Shown: piece after piece, positions 10,239 to 22,610 of the stretch
Layout of the letters: every line of letters begins with the position of its first letter
Position numbering within the stretch: the stretch's first letter is position 1
From: Heptranchias perlo
Lineage: Eukaryota
Assembly (NCBI RefSeq): GCF_035084215.1
Contig: NC_090361.1
Location: forward strand, 3,410,001-3,474,000
Length of the DNA: 64,000 bases
Direction: 5' to 3'
Translations under genes and position numbers: made by a program
Notes under the pieces: generated by a model
What the model saw: the letters and a program-made list of their open reading frames with translations, nothing else
Told to the model about the DNA's origin: nothing
The model's database searches: none

Positions 10239-12364
10239 GAATAAAGTTGAGCTGTTGGATTTTGTGCTCCCTCAACCATAAGAAATGGGAGCAGGAGTGG
10301 GCCATTCGGCCCCTCGAGCCTCCTCCGCCATTCAATAAAATCATGGCTGGTCTTCAACCTCAACTCCACTTTCCTGCCCGATCCCCATGTCCCTTGATCC
10401 AACATCACTCGAACAGATTATCCGGTCGTTATCACATTGCTGTTTGTGGGATCTTGCTGTGCGCAAATTGGCTGCCCCGTTCCCTACATTACAACAGTGA
10501 CTACACTTCAAAAGTATTTCGATGGCTGTAAGGCGTCTTGGGACGTCCTGAGGTTGTGAAAAGCGGGATACAAACAGCAAGTTCGTTCTTGTGGTCTCAT
10601 CGAATGTCAGTGTCTGGGGCAGGGGGGGGGAATGCTTTTGCCAGTTTTGCTACCCGCCAGCACCGCCCCCCCCAGGCCACCAACTGCAGACTAAATCTCC
10701 CTGTACTCTGCCCTAAGGGTACGTTAGATCATTGCGCTGGACTCCAACGTGCTGTGTCACAGAGCGATAGGAGGCTGATTTGCATCTGTGAGGGGGGCAG
10801 GTTCTGTTTTTAGTTGTGGGAAAACGCTTGGCAGGGGACAGGGGCAGAATAGCGAAGTCAGGTGGAGGGTCCCCTCGTGATGTTGGGCACCGTCTCGTGA
10901 CGGATTAACACAGCAGCATCAACAAAAGGCCACCAGACAGCTTTCTCTGCTGAGCGATGTGTTCACACACTCAGTCGCTCCTTCCAGTTTCGTTCACTAA
11001 GGTCCGGATACGGTAGACTATAATTGAGGAATGGAACCCGACAGGGGCCAATCCCCAGTCTCTGCTGAGTAAGATCATCTCAGCTGAGGCGGTGGCAGGG
11101 CTCCAGAGACGTGACTCGTGCTCCATCTGTTCTCTAGTGACCCCTGCTAGAAAGTGCGGCCATTGAGAGTGCGGTCATTGAGTAACCAAAAGGATCAGGT
11201 TTGGCACTGATGCCTCTCAGGTCCAAACACCCACCTCCTCGCTGTCTAGGCTCACATTTAAATGGGCACTCGGGGTGGGATACTGGACTGGCACTCGTGT
11301 AACTGTCCCCTAGCGCCTGGCAATACCTTCAGGGGAAAATCAGCAAAGCAAAGAATAAAATCCTAAAGTTGTCTCTGTTTCCTTTCAGGTCCAGTGATTA
11401 ATTTAATCGGGGTGTTGTTTAATCTCTGGATAATGGTACATTTCTGAACAACGCACCAGGCTGAAACATGATCACTAACGCACCAATACTGACACCTGCA
11501 AGAACAGAACAGAAACCCTTGCATCTGTAACAGGGACTGCTCTGGCAAGAATATATCCAGCTATTTGGAGATGGGGGGGTGGGGTGAAAACAAGGGTTTA
11601 CATAAACTGATTGAAGGATGGTTCATTCCACTGTTTTTTAGTGTTTAATACAAGATACTGAATACAGGAAAAAGACAGTTGAAAATTACTAAAAACGAAA
11701 CCAGGCAACTGGTTTTGAGGCCGACGTACACAGATCTACCACTCAGTACTAAACTGCAGTAGTTCAGCGCTGCCACTGGAGGCTGCTACTGAGCCGTACC
11801 AATTTTGTAGCAGCGTCCAGCGGTTGGACTCAGTGACCTTGCAGCATTTAAAAGGGTGCTCCACCTAAAAGCAGCTCCTAGTCCTACGACTCCTGAGTAC
11901 GAGGACAGGGATTATTTCACCAAATAACGAACGGACAAAAACCCGTTCGAGGTGCTCCCTGAAAACCGGGATACTGATCCGCAGTTCTGAAAGTCAGTCT
12001 GCCAATTTCGGGATCGTGTAGAAAAATAACACGCCCAAAGTGTAAACTACGGGATCACGCGATCCACTCTAGATTGGTAGAAAAGAGCGACACGCTCAGT
12101 TCATCGGTCGGGCTGAGTGTTTTCCTTGGGGAGCAGTTTTCGAAGTCCCCCAAAGTTGGGAGATGAGGAGAGGGCCAGTGAATTTCATGGAAATTTTAGG
12201 AAACTTGTGTGAAATTCATTGGGTCACTTCCTTCTCAGCTTCATGGAATTTCAGGAACCCCGTGTAAAAAAAAAAACTGAATCCGTGGAAAGTGCATGTC
12301 CCTACTCATTGCTGGTAGTATCTTAAGTATATACTTGATTGTACTGGTACCAAAGGTAATTTTC

Positions 12365-12690
12365 ATAGAATCATACAGCACAGAGGGAGGCCATTCAACC
12401 CATCGTGCCTGTACTGGCTCTTTGGAAGAGCTATCCAATTAGTCCCACTCCCCCTGCTCTTTCCCCGTAGCCCTGCAAATTTTGCCTTTGAGTATTTATC
12501 CAAATTCCATTTGAAAGTTATTATTGAATCTGCTTCCACCGCCCTTTCAGGCAGCGTATTCCAGATCAGAACAACTCGCTGCGTAAAAAAATTTCTTCTC
12601 ATCATCCCCCCCCCACTCCGGTTCTTTTGCCAATTATCTTAAATCTGTGTCCTCTGGTCACCGACCCTCCTGCCAGTGGAAACAGTTTTT
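12365..12690 (-). mobile_element. CR1 LINE 3' fragment
   Basis: RRNFFTQRVVLIWNTLP translation. Confidence 0.85.
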
Positions 12691-14018
12691 GCTGAATTTA
12701 AGATGTGTCTGAGTTATCCACTTACTGAATAAACCGAATGTGACCAGTGATCACAGGCATTTCTTCAGACACTGAATTGCCTTCAGAACTCATTCACCCT
12801 ACACACTGTGCATTTATAGATCCTTTTCAGTCTTGCAAAAACCTTTCTCTCCCTGTCACCATTGAAAGCCTCTAGTTACAGCTTCCTGTTTATCTCTTGT
12901 TGGGTACTTGTAAGAATTACATAGAATTTACAGCACAGACACAGGCCATTCGGCCCAACAGGTCTGTGCTGGTATTTATGCTCCACTCGAGCCCCCTCCC
13001 ACCCTATGTCATCTAATCCTATCAGCAGGATTTGTGTTATTCCCTATTTTTCCAGTTTTCTCCTCTCCGGACACTGGCGGACCCCCGGGGAGACTGGCAT
13101 CCTCCGGGGCCTCGCCCAAGTCACATTCTTCCCCTGAATGCCAGCAGAGTTTTGAACAGTGGTTGAGAGTGATCATTGCCGAGCTTGATCCCAGCCTCGC
13201 CTGCTGCTCACATACTGAATGTTGGGCTGCACACACACCATCCATTAATACCCTGGTCCTGTTTAAAGAAACATGATTCTTAACAGTATTTATTTCCTTC
13301 TCTTAATGCCCACCTGGAGTATTTGAAAAAGTCACAAAATACAAATGTACTGTTAGTATTTACTGAATGGGCTGTTTATATAAAGTCTTGTGATACATGT
13401 AGGTTTTTTTTAAATGAAATATAATTTTTTTTTTTACCAACCTGAATAGATGGGAGTTTGAATCTGTACAAGCGATGACTTTGAGACTTATCAATGGCAA
13501 AGTGAGTCCCAATTAAGCAGGAGCACTGGCTGCTCCCCCCGAGATGCAGGTCGTAAATCTCAAAGACCTGCAAAAATTAACACCCTTGCAAAAAAAAAAC
13601 AAGGGGGCGTATGAGGTCTGTCATTGGCTAGCCTGTTATTTAGCAATCTAGCGATGCCGCCAGTGGCCTGTGCTGGAGAGAGTCCTCAAAGTGTTGACAG
13701 CACATTAACTGGATTCCCTCGAGCACTGAGACCACACTGTCTCAACACTGAGAACTCCCTCCAACTCACATTTATAAACCTACACAATGTAGGAGTAAGA
13801 AATCTACAAGGACATACTTTGGGAGTAAAACTTGTGTGTTTCTGTTTTTGTGCAGTGCGGAGGAACAGCACACCTCTGCCCATAGCACACCAGGCATTTT
13901 TCTTTTTGGAGTGAAAAGACCCAGCACAGCTTCCATATCTACAGGAATATACCAGGGCCCACTGACTGAATCCAACCCATAGATGTAGACTGGCGTTATC
14001 GTCACTGGGTCTTTCATA

Positions 14019-14259
14019 TAGAGTTGCCAACTCTGGTTGGGCCTATTGCTGGAGGTTTCATCATATGACCTCCCCCCCTGGTCAAACAGCATTTTATTCC
14101 CAGCTCCGCTATTCTTATAACTAATAAAAGTGTTGGATAAAATGGGGGAAAAAAACACTTTTTTTGAATGCCCCTTTGATTTTTCTCCCGGCTTGCTCGC
14201 AGCAGTGCCCTTTAATTCCTGGAGACTCCAGGACAATCCCGAAAGGGTTGGCAACCCTA
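14019..14259. mobile_element. Non-autonomous DNA transposon (hAT-Blackjack-like MITE)
   Basis: TIRs TAGAGTTGCCAAC / GTTGGCAACCCTA; second copy at 61787-62160; TSD not preserved. Confidence 0.7.
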
Positions 14260-17200
14260 CATTGGTGTACTGTGACGCACGTTCAGTTGCCTGACCCTGA
14301 CCTGCCACAGGTGGGATGTGAAGTATTTGTTCTCCGACTGAACACAATGCACTGTGGTTACCTGCGTAGTGATCTCTTCCAAGAGTATTGCATAAAAAAA
14401 ATAGGTTGAAAATACTGTTTAGTACAAAAATCTCCATGTTCAGTGCACGGGTTCTTGTAATGTACCAATATTATATTGAATACACAGAATTACAGCTGGC
14501 CTGTGTGAATTGGACATGTCTGCAACCCTGAGTTAGTTTTGGGAAATCTACTCATGTACGTACAGGCATGAAACCTGCAAGGGATTCCATTTGTCTTAAA
14601 GTAATCGCTGACCCGGTCAATTATCATTTCATCACTTTCTTTCCTATGTCTCTGATGTTCACTTTATAACTCCCAGTTATTATTTTTGCTCTGTGCACCA
14701 TCTGCAATCACAATTTGACCAATGCTATTCTGAAACCAGGCACCAGAGCACCTGTAAGTGGGGGTGGGGGGGACTCTTCCCCACAGGGTCCCCTCTGAGC
14801 AGCAGCTCAGCCGAGATCAGGAACTCTGCATCTGGTGACTTACATCCCACCCTTCCAACATGCTACTTCAGGAAGAGGCCATTCTGCCCCTCGAGTCTGT
14901 TCCGCCATTCAGTTAGACCATGGCTGATCTGTATCATAACTCCATCTACCCACCTTGGTTCCGTAACCCTTAATACCCTTGCCTAAGAATCTATTAATCT
15001 CAGTTTTGAAATTATCAATTGACCCCCCAGCCTCAACAGCTTTTTGGGGGAAGAGAGTTCCAGATTTCCACCACCCACTGTTCCCTCGGTTTCCACTTAG
15101 GAGCAGAAGCCAAGGACAGTCTCCAAACAGAGAGACCATTGGCGCTGGAAGACACCAGGCCTCGTGCTGTCACAAGTGCAACAGCTCACGGTAATAGCAG
15201 CCCTGGAAAAATACAGGAAAGTAATTCTGACGCAGATTACAAGGACATGATTTCAGAAAATGCAGATGGATAAAGCACTTTGTATGGATTGTGTATAACT
15301 TCATAAATATCAGTCACAGAGCTGGTGAATACATCAGAACTCTCAGATCTAATCTGTAATCTTCAGCTTGCTAATTTAAAAAAAAAATTGTAGATAACAT
15401 TTACTAGGTAGATTATTAATTAAAAATTTCTCTTCTGCTTCCCATTATTCAACTGGCACACAAAGCATGTTTGAAGTGGCACCTGGCATCGTGCAGTTTT
15501 CTGACAGGGCTCCTCCACCATTTAGACAGCAGCATTAGCACATCACTGCAGCGTCTCAAAGCGCTTTACACAATCAATTACTTATTTTTTGGAGGTCAGT
15601 GACTTATGTAGGCAAATACATGGTTAAACTATTCAGTATTATATTTTTTATTTTTATATATATATATATGTGTATTTTACAACTCCCTCTGAACATAATT
15701 ATTCATTAGGAGAGTCTTTGTAACTCTCTCGTTGCACTCTTGCTGGTCCCAGCAATCTCCACCACACATGCAGGGACAGGAACTTTATTTTACTTACGTT
15801 TACGTTCAATCTATAAACTGAATAGAAACATTTATTTATCATCAATATATGTAAAACTATCCTCTACAATATTAACATGGGTTTGGTCCATGCAGCATGT
15901 AGCTGGCACCTTCCCACTGGTAGAATGGGTCTTGATCACTGGCAGGAGTTTGCTGACTAATGACGCACATTTTACACACCTCACAAGACTGGTATGTTAT
16001 TTCTTTTAAAGTTGTTTTAACCGAGAGAAGGCGGGCAAGACCAGCGCCCGAACCTGTTCTCAACGCTCCGCCAATGCGAGGTGTGCCAGGGGATGATTAA
16101 TGCCAAGGTCTCCCCTCCTCCCAGCCTCTGTGGGGAAGCACTTGGGCTTCCTCCGTGTTCTGTGCCAGAGTACACTGTGGCATTCCAACGCACTGTGCTG
16201 CCTTTAGCTGCAATTTATGCAGGACGGAAGAGAAAGTGTAATATCAGTATGTGCCTTTACTATTGTTTCTTGTATCACCAACTGTAAAATGTACGTTAAT
16301 TATTAAAGGTTAAGCAATATGTCAATAATTATGTGGTTTGTTACTGTATTAATATAATCAAATAAAGTCTCTCTAATACAGTTCCGGTTTTCCTAGGTAT
16401 ATTTCTAAATAACTTTTTTATTCCAGATTGGAAAAGGGTGGGAATGTCACCTTACTCCAGGACTTCTTCAGTGCTGCTTTTTAACTTGGTGTGAACAGCT
16501 CATAATGGTGCATAGAACCCTGTCCTGAAAGGGAATGGGACTGGAAATAGACTAAGTGATTGGGCTTCAGAGACAACTAGCTGCTGCTGATGCCCTACAC
16601 CGGCAACTGGTAGAAGCAGGTGAATGGTGTGTGTCCATGCTCTGATCACACATATTGTGTTGCACCGCTCACCATGCGGCTTGTGAGACACTCCTAGTAT
16701 CTGCCATCCAGCTAGCGAAGGCTCAAATCCAAGCTTATCAGTTGTCCAAGGAGCAATTAGGAGGTAGGACGAGGCTCTTTGGGGTTAGAGTGGTCCTGAA
16801 AAGACACGCCTGACCATAGAAGTTCAGAAACAAGTCAACCCTCCATGGCAGATTTGGACATCCGATATCAGTCAATAGGTCCAAGATACTTGGCTCACTG
16901 ATGGAAACTGGAGGGGTAGAACTGTCACTGGGGGTGGCTGGGTTTCCTACTGACAGTTCCAGTTAATGCTGCAGTCAAATAACTCCACTGCTAGGGCAGT
17001 CCTAGATAGACAAGCAGCAAGGTTACCAGCGATCCACTCTGGCAACCTGTGTAGTTTCTGTTGAATTCTATCAGTAACCGGCACACACTTGGTGTGGGTG
17101 TGGGAGTCACTAACCAAGTCTCTACCAACCTGCACCTAAACTCTCTTGACCTAGTTAAGTGGGATGTGTGCTGCCCTTATTGAGCAAACAAAACCTACAG

Positions 17201-17629
17201 GCAGCTGTAGTTTCTCAGTAGCCCAGGTTTGGAGACTCAAACATGCTCTTGGGCTCCACTCACGTCTGACACCCAGCTGCCAGAAAAAAAAAAGAAATTT
17301 TTATCTTGTGCGGTCGGTCTTGCTTTCAGACTTCCACCGTGCACAGAGCTCCCCAGACATCACAAAACCTGCTTAGGTTAAAATCCAGTGTCAGGAAATT
17401 TATAAATATACTTGCGGCCAGCGTTTAGTTCATACAGTAGCTCATTCAAGTGGCCGTTTGCTAAACAGTCAGGTTCATCCAAATGAAATGGGTCAAACTT
17501 GAGCAACAGAGAGTCACAGAAGTGTGAATGAGTCTTGAGATTCTTGGTTGGGGGCTTATCTCCCCAGACACTATTCCAGAAATGTTAAAATTCAACCACA
17601 ATCACAGAAATTTTTAGGGTTTCTTTAAG

Positions 17630-18030
17630 TTTCTCGAGAAAAGAGAAGGTTGAGGGGTGACCTAACAGAGCTCTTCAAGATTATGAAAGGGTTTGATAGG
17701 GTAGACATAGAGAAGACGTTTCCACTTGTGGGGGAGACCAAAATTAGGGGTATGAAGATAGACGCTAATAAATCCAATAGGGAATTCAGGAGAAACTTCT
17801 TTACCCAGAGAGTGGCTAGAATGTGGAACTCGCTCCCACATGGAGTGGTTGAGGCGAATAGAATAGATGCATTTAAGGGGAAGCTCGATAAGTGCATGAG
17901 GGAGAAAGGAATAGAAGGGTATGCTGATAGGGTTAGATGGAATGGGGAGGGAGGGGGCTCATGTGGAGCATAATGCCGGTACAAATGAGTTGGGCTGAAT
18001 GGCCTGTTTCTGTGCTGTAAATTCTATGTA
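17630..18030 (+). mobile_element. CR1 LINE 3' fragment
   Basis: LRGDLTELFKIMKG...RNFFTQRVARMWNSLP. Confidence 0.9.
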
Positions 18031-18952
18031 ACACCAAACGTTAGCACATGGTTCTTTCAGTCAGGCTGCCCCGTGGGCCATTCTTCGCAGATGAGCCAGT
18101 GTTGAAGTTTCCTGTTATACCTCCAACAGACCATGATTCACACCAAGCTTCTCTGTATATTTTATTGAAATTCACAAAGAGGAACACATTCATACTCAGC
18201 AATAGCTTAACATGGAATACAGTTACATCAGTCACTACCTGCGATTCTGTAACCAGCAAACCTGTCCAACCCAAGAATTCTGTAGGGGGCCGTTATGGTG
18301 GACGAGAACGGTCAGCTCGCTACGCAGAGTCTACCTAGCATCCATGTCCAGTGACCAATACTGTTCTTGGGTCAGAAAGAAATAAACTGGGAGGATTCAA
18401 GGAAGGAATGTAACCAGCTCTTTGCACTTTCAAACTAGATCCTAAATAGTGTTAAAAATACATAAACTACTTAAAAAAAGAGATGAACACTCTTCAGCTA
18501 AGTGGCCTGGAGTCGCCCAAAGACATTGACATAACACAAACCAAACAAAGTCCTAAATTAGTTGCTGAGGTAATGCAGCCGCCAAAGACACATTAAACTT
18601 CAGTGAGGGGGTGGGGGGGTTGGGGGAAATACCAGTACTTGCGAGATATGTACCACCCCTCAGAGAAAAACAAACATATTCGATATCCTGCACACGCTTG
18701 GAAGGTTTTAACTTTTACAAAGTTCTTTTTAAAACCTCCAAGGGCCTGGCTTTATTTTAGGCCTGAGAAGGAATGATTGAAAAAAACTGAATGAAGAAGA
18801 GGTAGCTTCTTAAAAAATAAAAACTTTTTAAATCATCAATGCTATTGCAGCTCACTTTGTTCTCGACACCCAGGCTCTTCTCTTTCATTGTTCCCTTTAA
18901 AAACTGTTGGTAAAATGAACGAAGGCGAGAGGGGAGGGGTGGGGGGTCATCG

Positions 18953-19008
18953 CTACAGAACAATCCACATGCTGCGTCCACTGTCCGCCAGACGCTTCAG
19001 AGAACGAC
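18953..19008 (-). CDS. DCAF15: DCAF15 exon 13 (last)
   Basis: ctag|GT..TAG, (G)RSLKRLADSGRSMWIVL*; human ends SLKVLADSERYTWIVL; candidate polyA signals at 18751 and 18161. Confidence 0.93.
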
Positions 19009-19900
19009 CTAGACAAAAGCCAACATTCACATTAAATGACCACGTTGCTATCTTGTTCTTTGCAGTTCTGGGGCCTGGATTGCAATACAGCTCCAAGGAA
19101 AGCATCGGCCTGTCAATCAAATCTGAAAAAACGAGGCCAGACACGTGCACATCAGCAGCCAGTGAGAGTGAAAAGCAACATGAACAGAGCGGCCATGTGA
19201 TTAATAATAGCTGCTGAAATGGTTTAAAAGGCTCACTGACATGTTAACGGGTCACGCGATTATCTGTTCCACTGGACTTTGGAGATGTAACGCATCGCAT
19301 CACTGCACAAGCCCGCCACACAGACTCACAGGTAGAGTGGGGCTACACAAACTGTAAAATTGGGTTGCTCACCATTGTTGAGGGCCACAAACTGAAGCAA
19401 CCTTATCGGGTGGGGTGGGGGGCGGGTGTGTGTGTCGGGGTGGGGGGGGGGCACGCTGAGGAACATTGCAATAGACTGCAGCACAGAGTGACAGGACATG
19501 GGTCTGCATCCCAGATTCCCCACACAGGGCTCCCGATTTTAATGAGGCCACTATCGGCAGTTGCAAGTGAAGACTGGGCACTTCCCCAAAGGGAGAGCAA
19601 AATGAAAACCATTTGCCCAGTGGGTCTATTTTAATGGGGCTCCTTCATTGCTAATAGCACTCCCTCAACCTTCATCGGCTGGAGGACCAGAAAGAGAGTG
19701 AGAAACAGCACTGAATCCCAGCTCGGTCAACAACCCGACAGTCAGGAAAGCCACGAACGGAGACACTTGGAGCTGCTGTATGGCACTGGGGAAGGGAAGG
19801 CAGGCTGCAAATAGCCCCAGGTTCGACCATGCACACCACTGTACTGTAATAAGTTTACACGCGATTTCGGGCCGCTCTCACCCTCGGGACTAAAGCACAC

Positions 19901-20016
19901 CTTTATGCAGGGCTTCATTTGTCATTCTGTTGACGTTGCGAAAGGTACTTTCGGGAACCAGCCATCTCATTGCTACATCGACACAGCTTTTACGGAAGGT
20001 GCTCCAAACACTGCCA
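19901..20016 (-). CDS. DCAF15: DCAF15 exon 12
   Basis: [38 protein letters not shown]; AG/GT flanks. Confidence 0.95.
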
Positions 20017-20109
20017 CTGTGTAAAAGGGTTGGAAAGAGAAGGGAACGTTAGCCTAAATTTCCATTCCTCGTGCAAGATGGTATTAGGACAATGCATCAT
20101 TTAATTTAC

Positions 20110-20214
20110 CTGGTTTGCCCCTGCACAGCAGTTAAGTCTCCAACTCCAACAGTTGCAAAGATGCCAGTGTTTAGGTTCCACGCGCCTTTCAAACAAGTAT
20201 GATACGTCTTGGGT
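20110..20214 (-). CDS. DCAF15: DCAF15 exon 11
   Basis: [34 protein letters not shown]; AG/GT flanks. Confidence 0.95.
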
Positions 20215-20715
20215 CTGAAAAATCAGTAATAGAATTTGATAGTATTTCACAGCTACACACACAGGATTGGTTATTGGGAGAAGCATACACTCAGATAACC
20301 AAATAGTCAGTAGGACACAATAGTTCTTGTGCTGGTAAGGGTGGGGGGACACACTGCCAGAGGGCGGCAGTTCGCCAGAGTTGAATATTTCAGATTCGAG
20401 ATTCTGGAATGTGCTGCCTGAAAGGACGGTGGAGGCAGATTCAATCGTGGCTTTCAAAAGGGAGTTGGATAAATACTTAAAGGGAAAAAAATTGCAGGGT
20501 TATGGGGAAAGAGCAGTCAAATGGGACTAACTGGATTGCTCTTACAAACAGCCGGCCATGGACTCGATGGGCCAAATGGTCTCCTTCTGTGCTGTAACCA
20601 TCTATGATTCTATGACTTTAAAAAAAATTGCAGCACCTCCATTTATTCTTGTTCACAGGAATACCAGCAACTTTGTGCAGAAGGTGGGATTTTCACATCC
20701 AGACTAAACGTGCAG

Positions 20716-21055
20716 CCTCCCTATCTCTGTAACCTCCTTCAGCCCTACAACCCCCCGAGATCTCTGCGCTCCACCAATTCTGGCCTCTTGCATAGCGCCG
20801 ATTTTCATCGCTCCACCATTGGCGGCTGTGCCTTCAGCTGCCTAGACCCTAAAGCTCTGGAATTCCTTCTCTAAACGTCTCCGCCTCGCTCTTTCTCTCT
20901 CCTTTAAACCTACCTCTTTGACCAAGCTTTTGGTCACCTGTCCTAATATCTCCTTACGTGGCTCGGTGTCAAATTTTGTTTGATTACGCTCCTGTGAAGG
21001 GCCTTGGGATGTTTTACTACGTTAAAGGCGCTATATAAATGCAAGTTGTTGTTAC
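20716..21055 (+). mobile_element. L2-type LINE 3' end
   Basis: Ends aaggcgctatataaatgcaagttgttgtt. Confidence 0.85.
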
Positions 21056-22527
21056 TCCATGTTAACAGCATACTGGTATCCTCAATAAGTGAAGCCAGTC
21101 TATTGTGGACAGAGTGAACCATTTATAATGTGTTCTTATGGTAAACATGTCTAAACTTGAACCATTCCCAATGCCACAGCTCCCTAAAATTTCAACCCCA
21201 AAGGTTTCCCTGTCTCAGTTTGTCTTGTATTGGACCGATGTAGGCAGCACACAGCGACTGTGAGTGAGCAACAGCAGATGTACACACACACACAGTCTTG
21301 ATATCATAGAAACATAGAAAATAGGAGCAAGAGTAGGCCATTCGGCCCTGCTCCGCCATTCAAAATGGCTGATCGTCTAACTCAGTACCCTGTTCCCGCT
21401 TTTTCCCCATATCCCTTGATCCCTTTAGCATTAAGAAATATATCTATCTCCTTCTTGAATACATCTAATGACTTGGCCACCACTGCCTTCTGTGGTAGAG
21501 AATTCCATAGGTTCACCACCCTCTGAGTGAAGACAGTCACTCCTTATAGTTTCATTTCAGGTCCAAAGAGGAAGACATAAGGCTCTGTAGAAGTACTGGC
21601 CACCGCTCCTCCTGAGCTGTGAAGCAGTCATCCTGCGCACTTTTCCTCCTTGTTGCATCCTCACTGTGGTTAAAATCGGGACACACCATCCGGTCTCATC
21701 TTTTTAAAGAGTTTGTAACTTTCATGTTTATTTCTCAATAAAACTAAAATATCATGCAACCACCCTGATAGCCACTCCCCTGACACAAACTGTATAATTC
21801 AAGAGGGAGAAACACACACAGAAACACGAGCTCCAGGTTCACGTTTACATCGATCCACAACTCCACTTATACACATGAGGGAATGGCCGATACACAAGAC
21901 AGGGACATGAAGTGTTTTAAACCCTGGATACACTAAAAAGGACTCTCAGCGAGAGGGGAACATTTGTGCTCATCAAGTTGAAGGATTGTCGTGCCGGGGA
22001 AGGGAACAATTCCCCAACTCAAGCATCCAGTGACAGTGTCAAGGATTCTTAGGCCAAGTGCAACACAGGCAGCCGTAGAACAAAGCGGTTTCAATTCACT
22101 CCCAATAATGTGCCTCAAGTCCAAATTCCGAAGAGCAGCCCCTACAGAACCTGTGCAACGTTCCCATTTCAGACCACAGCCAGCCTTGTGGTTGCTCCGA
22201 GTCTGAATGTCAAGTTAACGTCAATCGATATCAAAACGAGGTCAGTTTTATGCTGCAGGCAAGGGCCTCCATGAACTGGGCCGAGACTCCCCAAACTCAT
22301 TTCACATCGCACCCCTAAAGGCCACAGAGTGAGGAAATTTACGTCTCATCTGTCTGGGCTGAGTCCAGATCCTAGAGGTGAAAGGTCAGTGTGCGAACCC
22401 AACCCTGAATGGAACAAACTTCAGGTTTCATATGAAAGTAAAATGTAAGGCAAGTGCAACTTCAGATCCATCAGCTCAACAGTTTCATAACTGAACCACA
22501 CATGTTTTGACGTAACTTTTCCCTTAC

Positions 22528-22610
22528 CTTATTTGTCCTTCTTCATCTGAAGGGTATGCTAAGAGCAGCAGTCCTATGTTAATGATGACATGGTTGGTTA
22601 TGGGACAAAC
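22528..22610 (-). CDS. DCAF15: DCAF15 exon 10
   Basis: VCPITNHVIINIGLLLLAYPSDEEGQI; AG/GT flanks. Confidence 0.95.

Larger units (their letters stand above)
11389..16385 (+). other. Putative non-coding terminal exon / long 3' UTR of the G-gamma gene
   Basis: Donor atg|gtaaca at 9906/9907, acceptor ctgtttcctttcag| at 11388, AATAAA at 16361-16366 after an AU-rich tract; GNG5 and GNG10 have 3'-UTR introns. Confidence 0.45.

Noticed and set aside
13772-14437. 221-aa minus-strand ORF
   Set aside because: No recognisable domain; runs through a MITE
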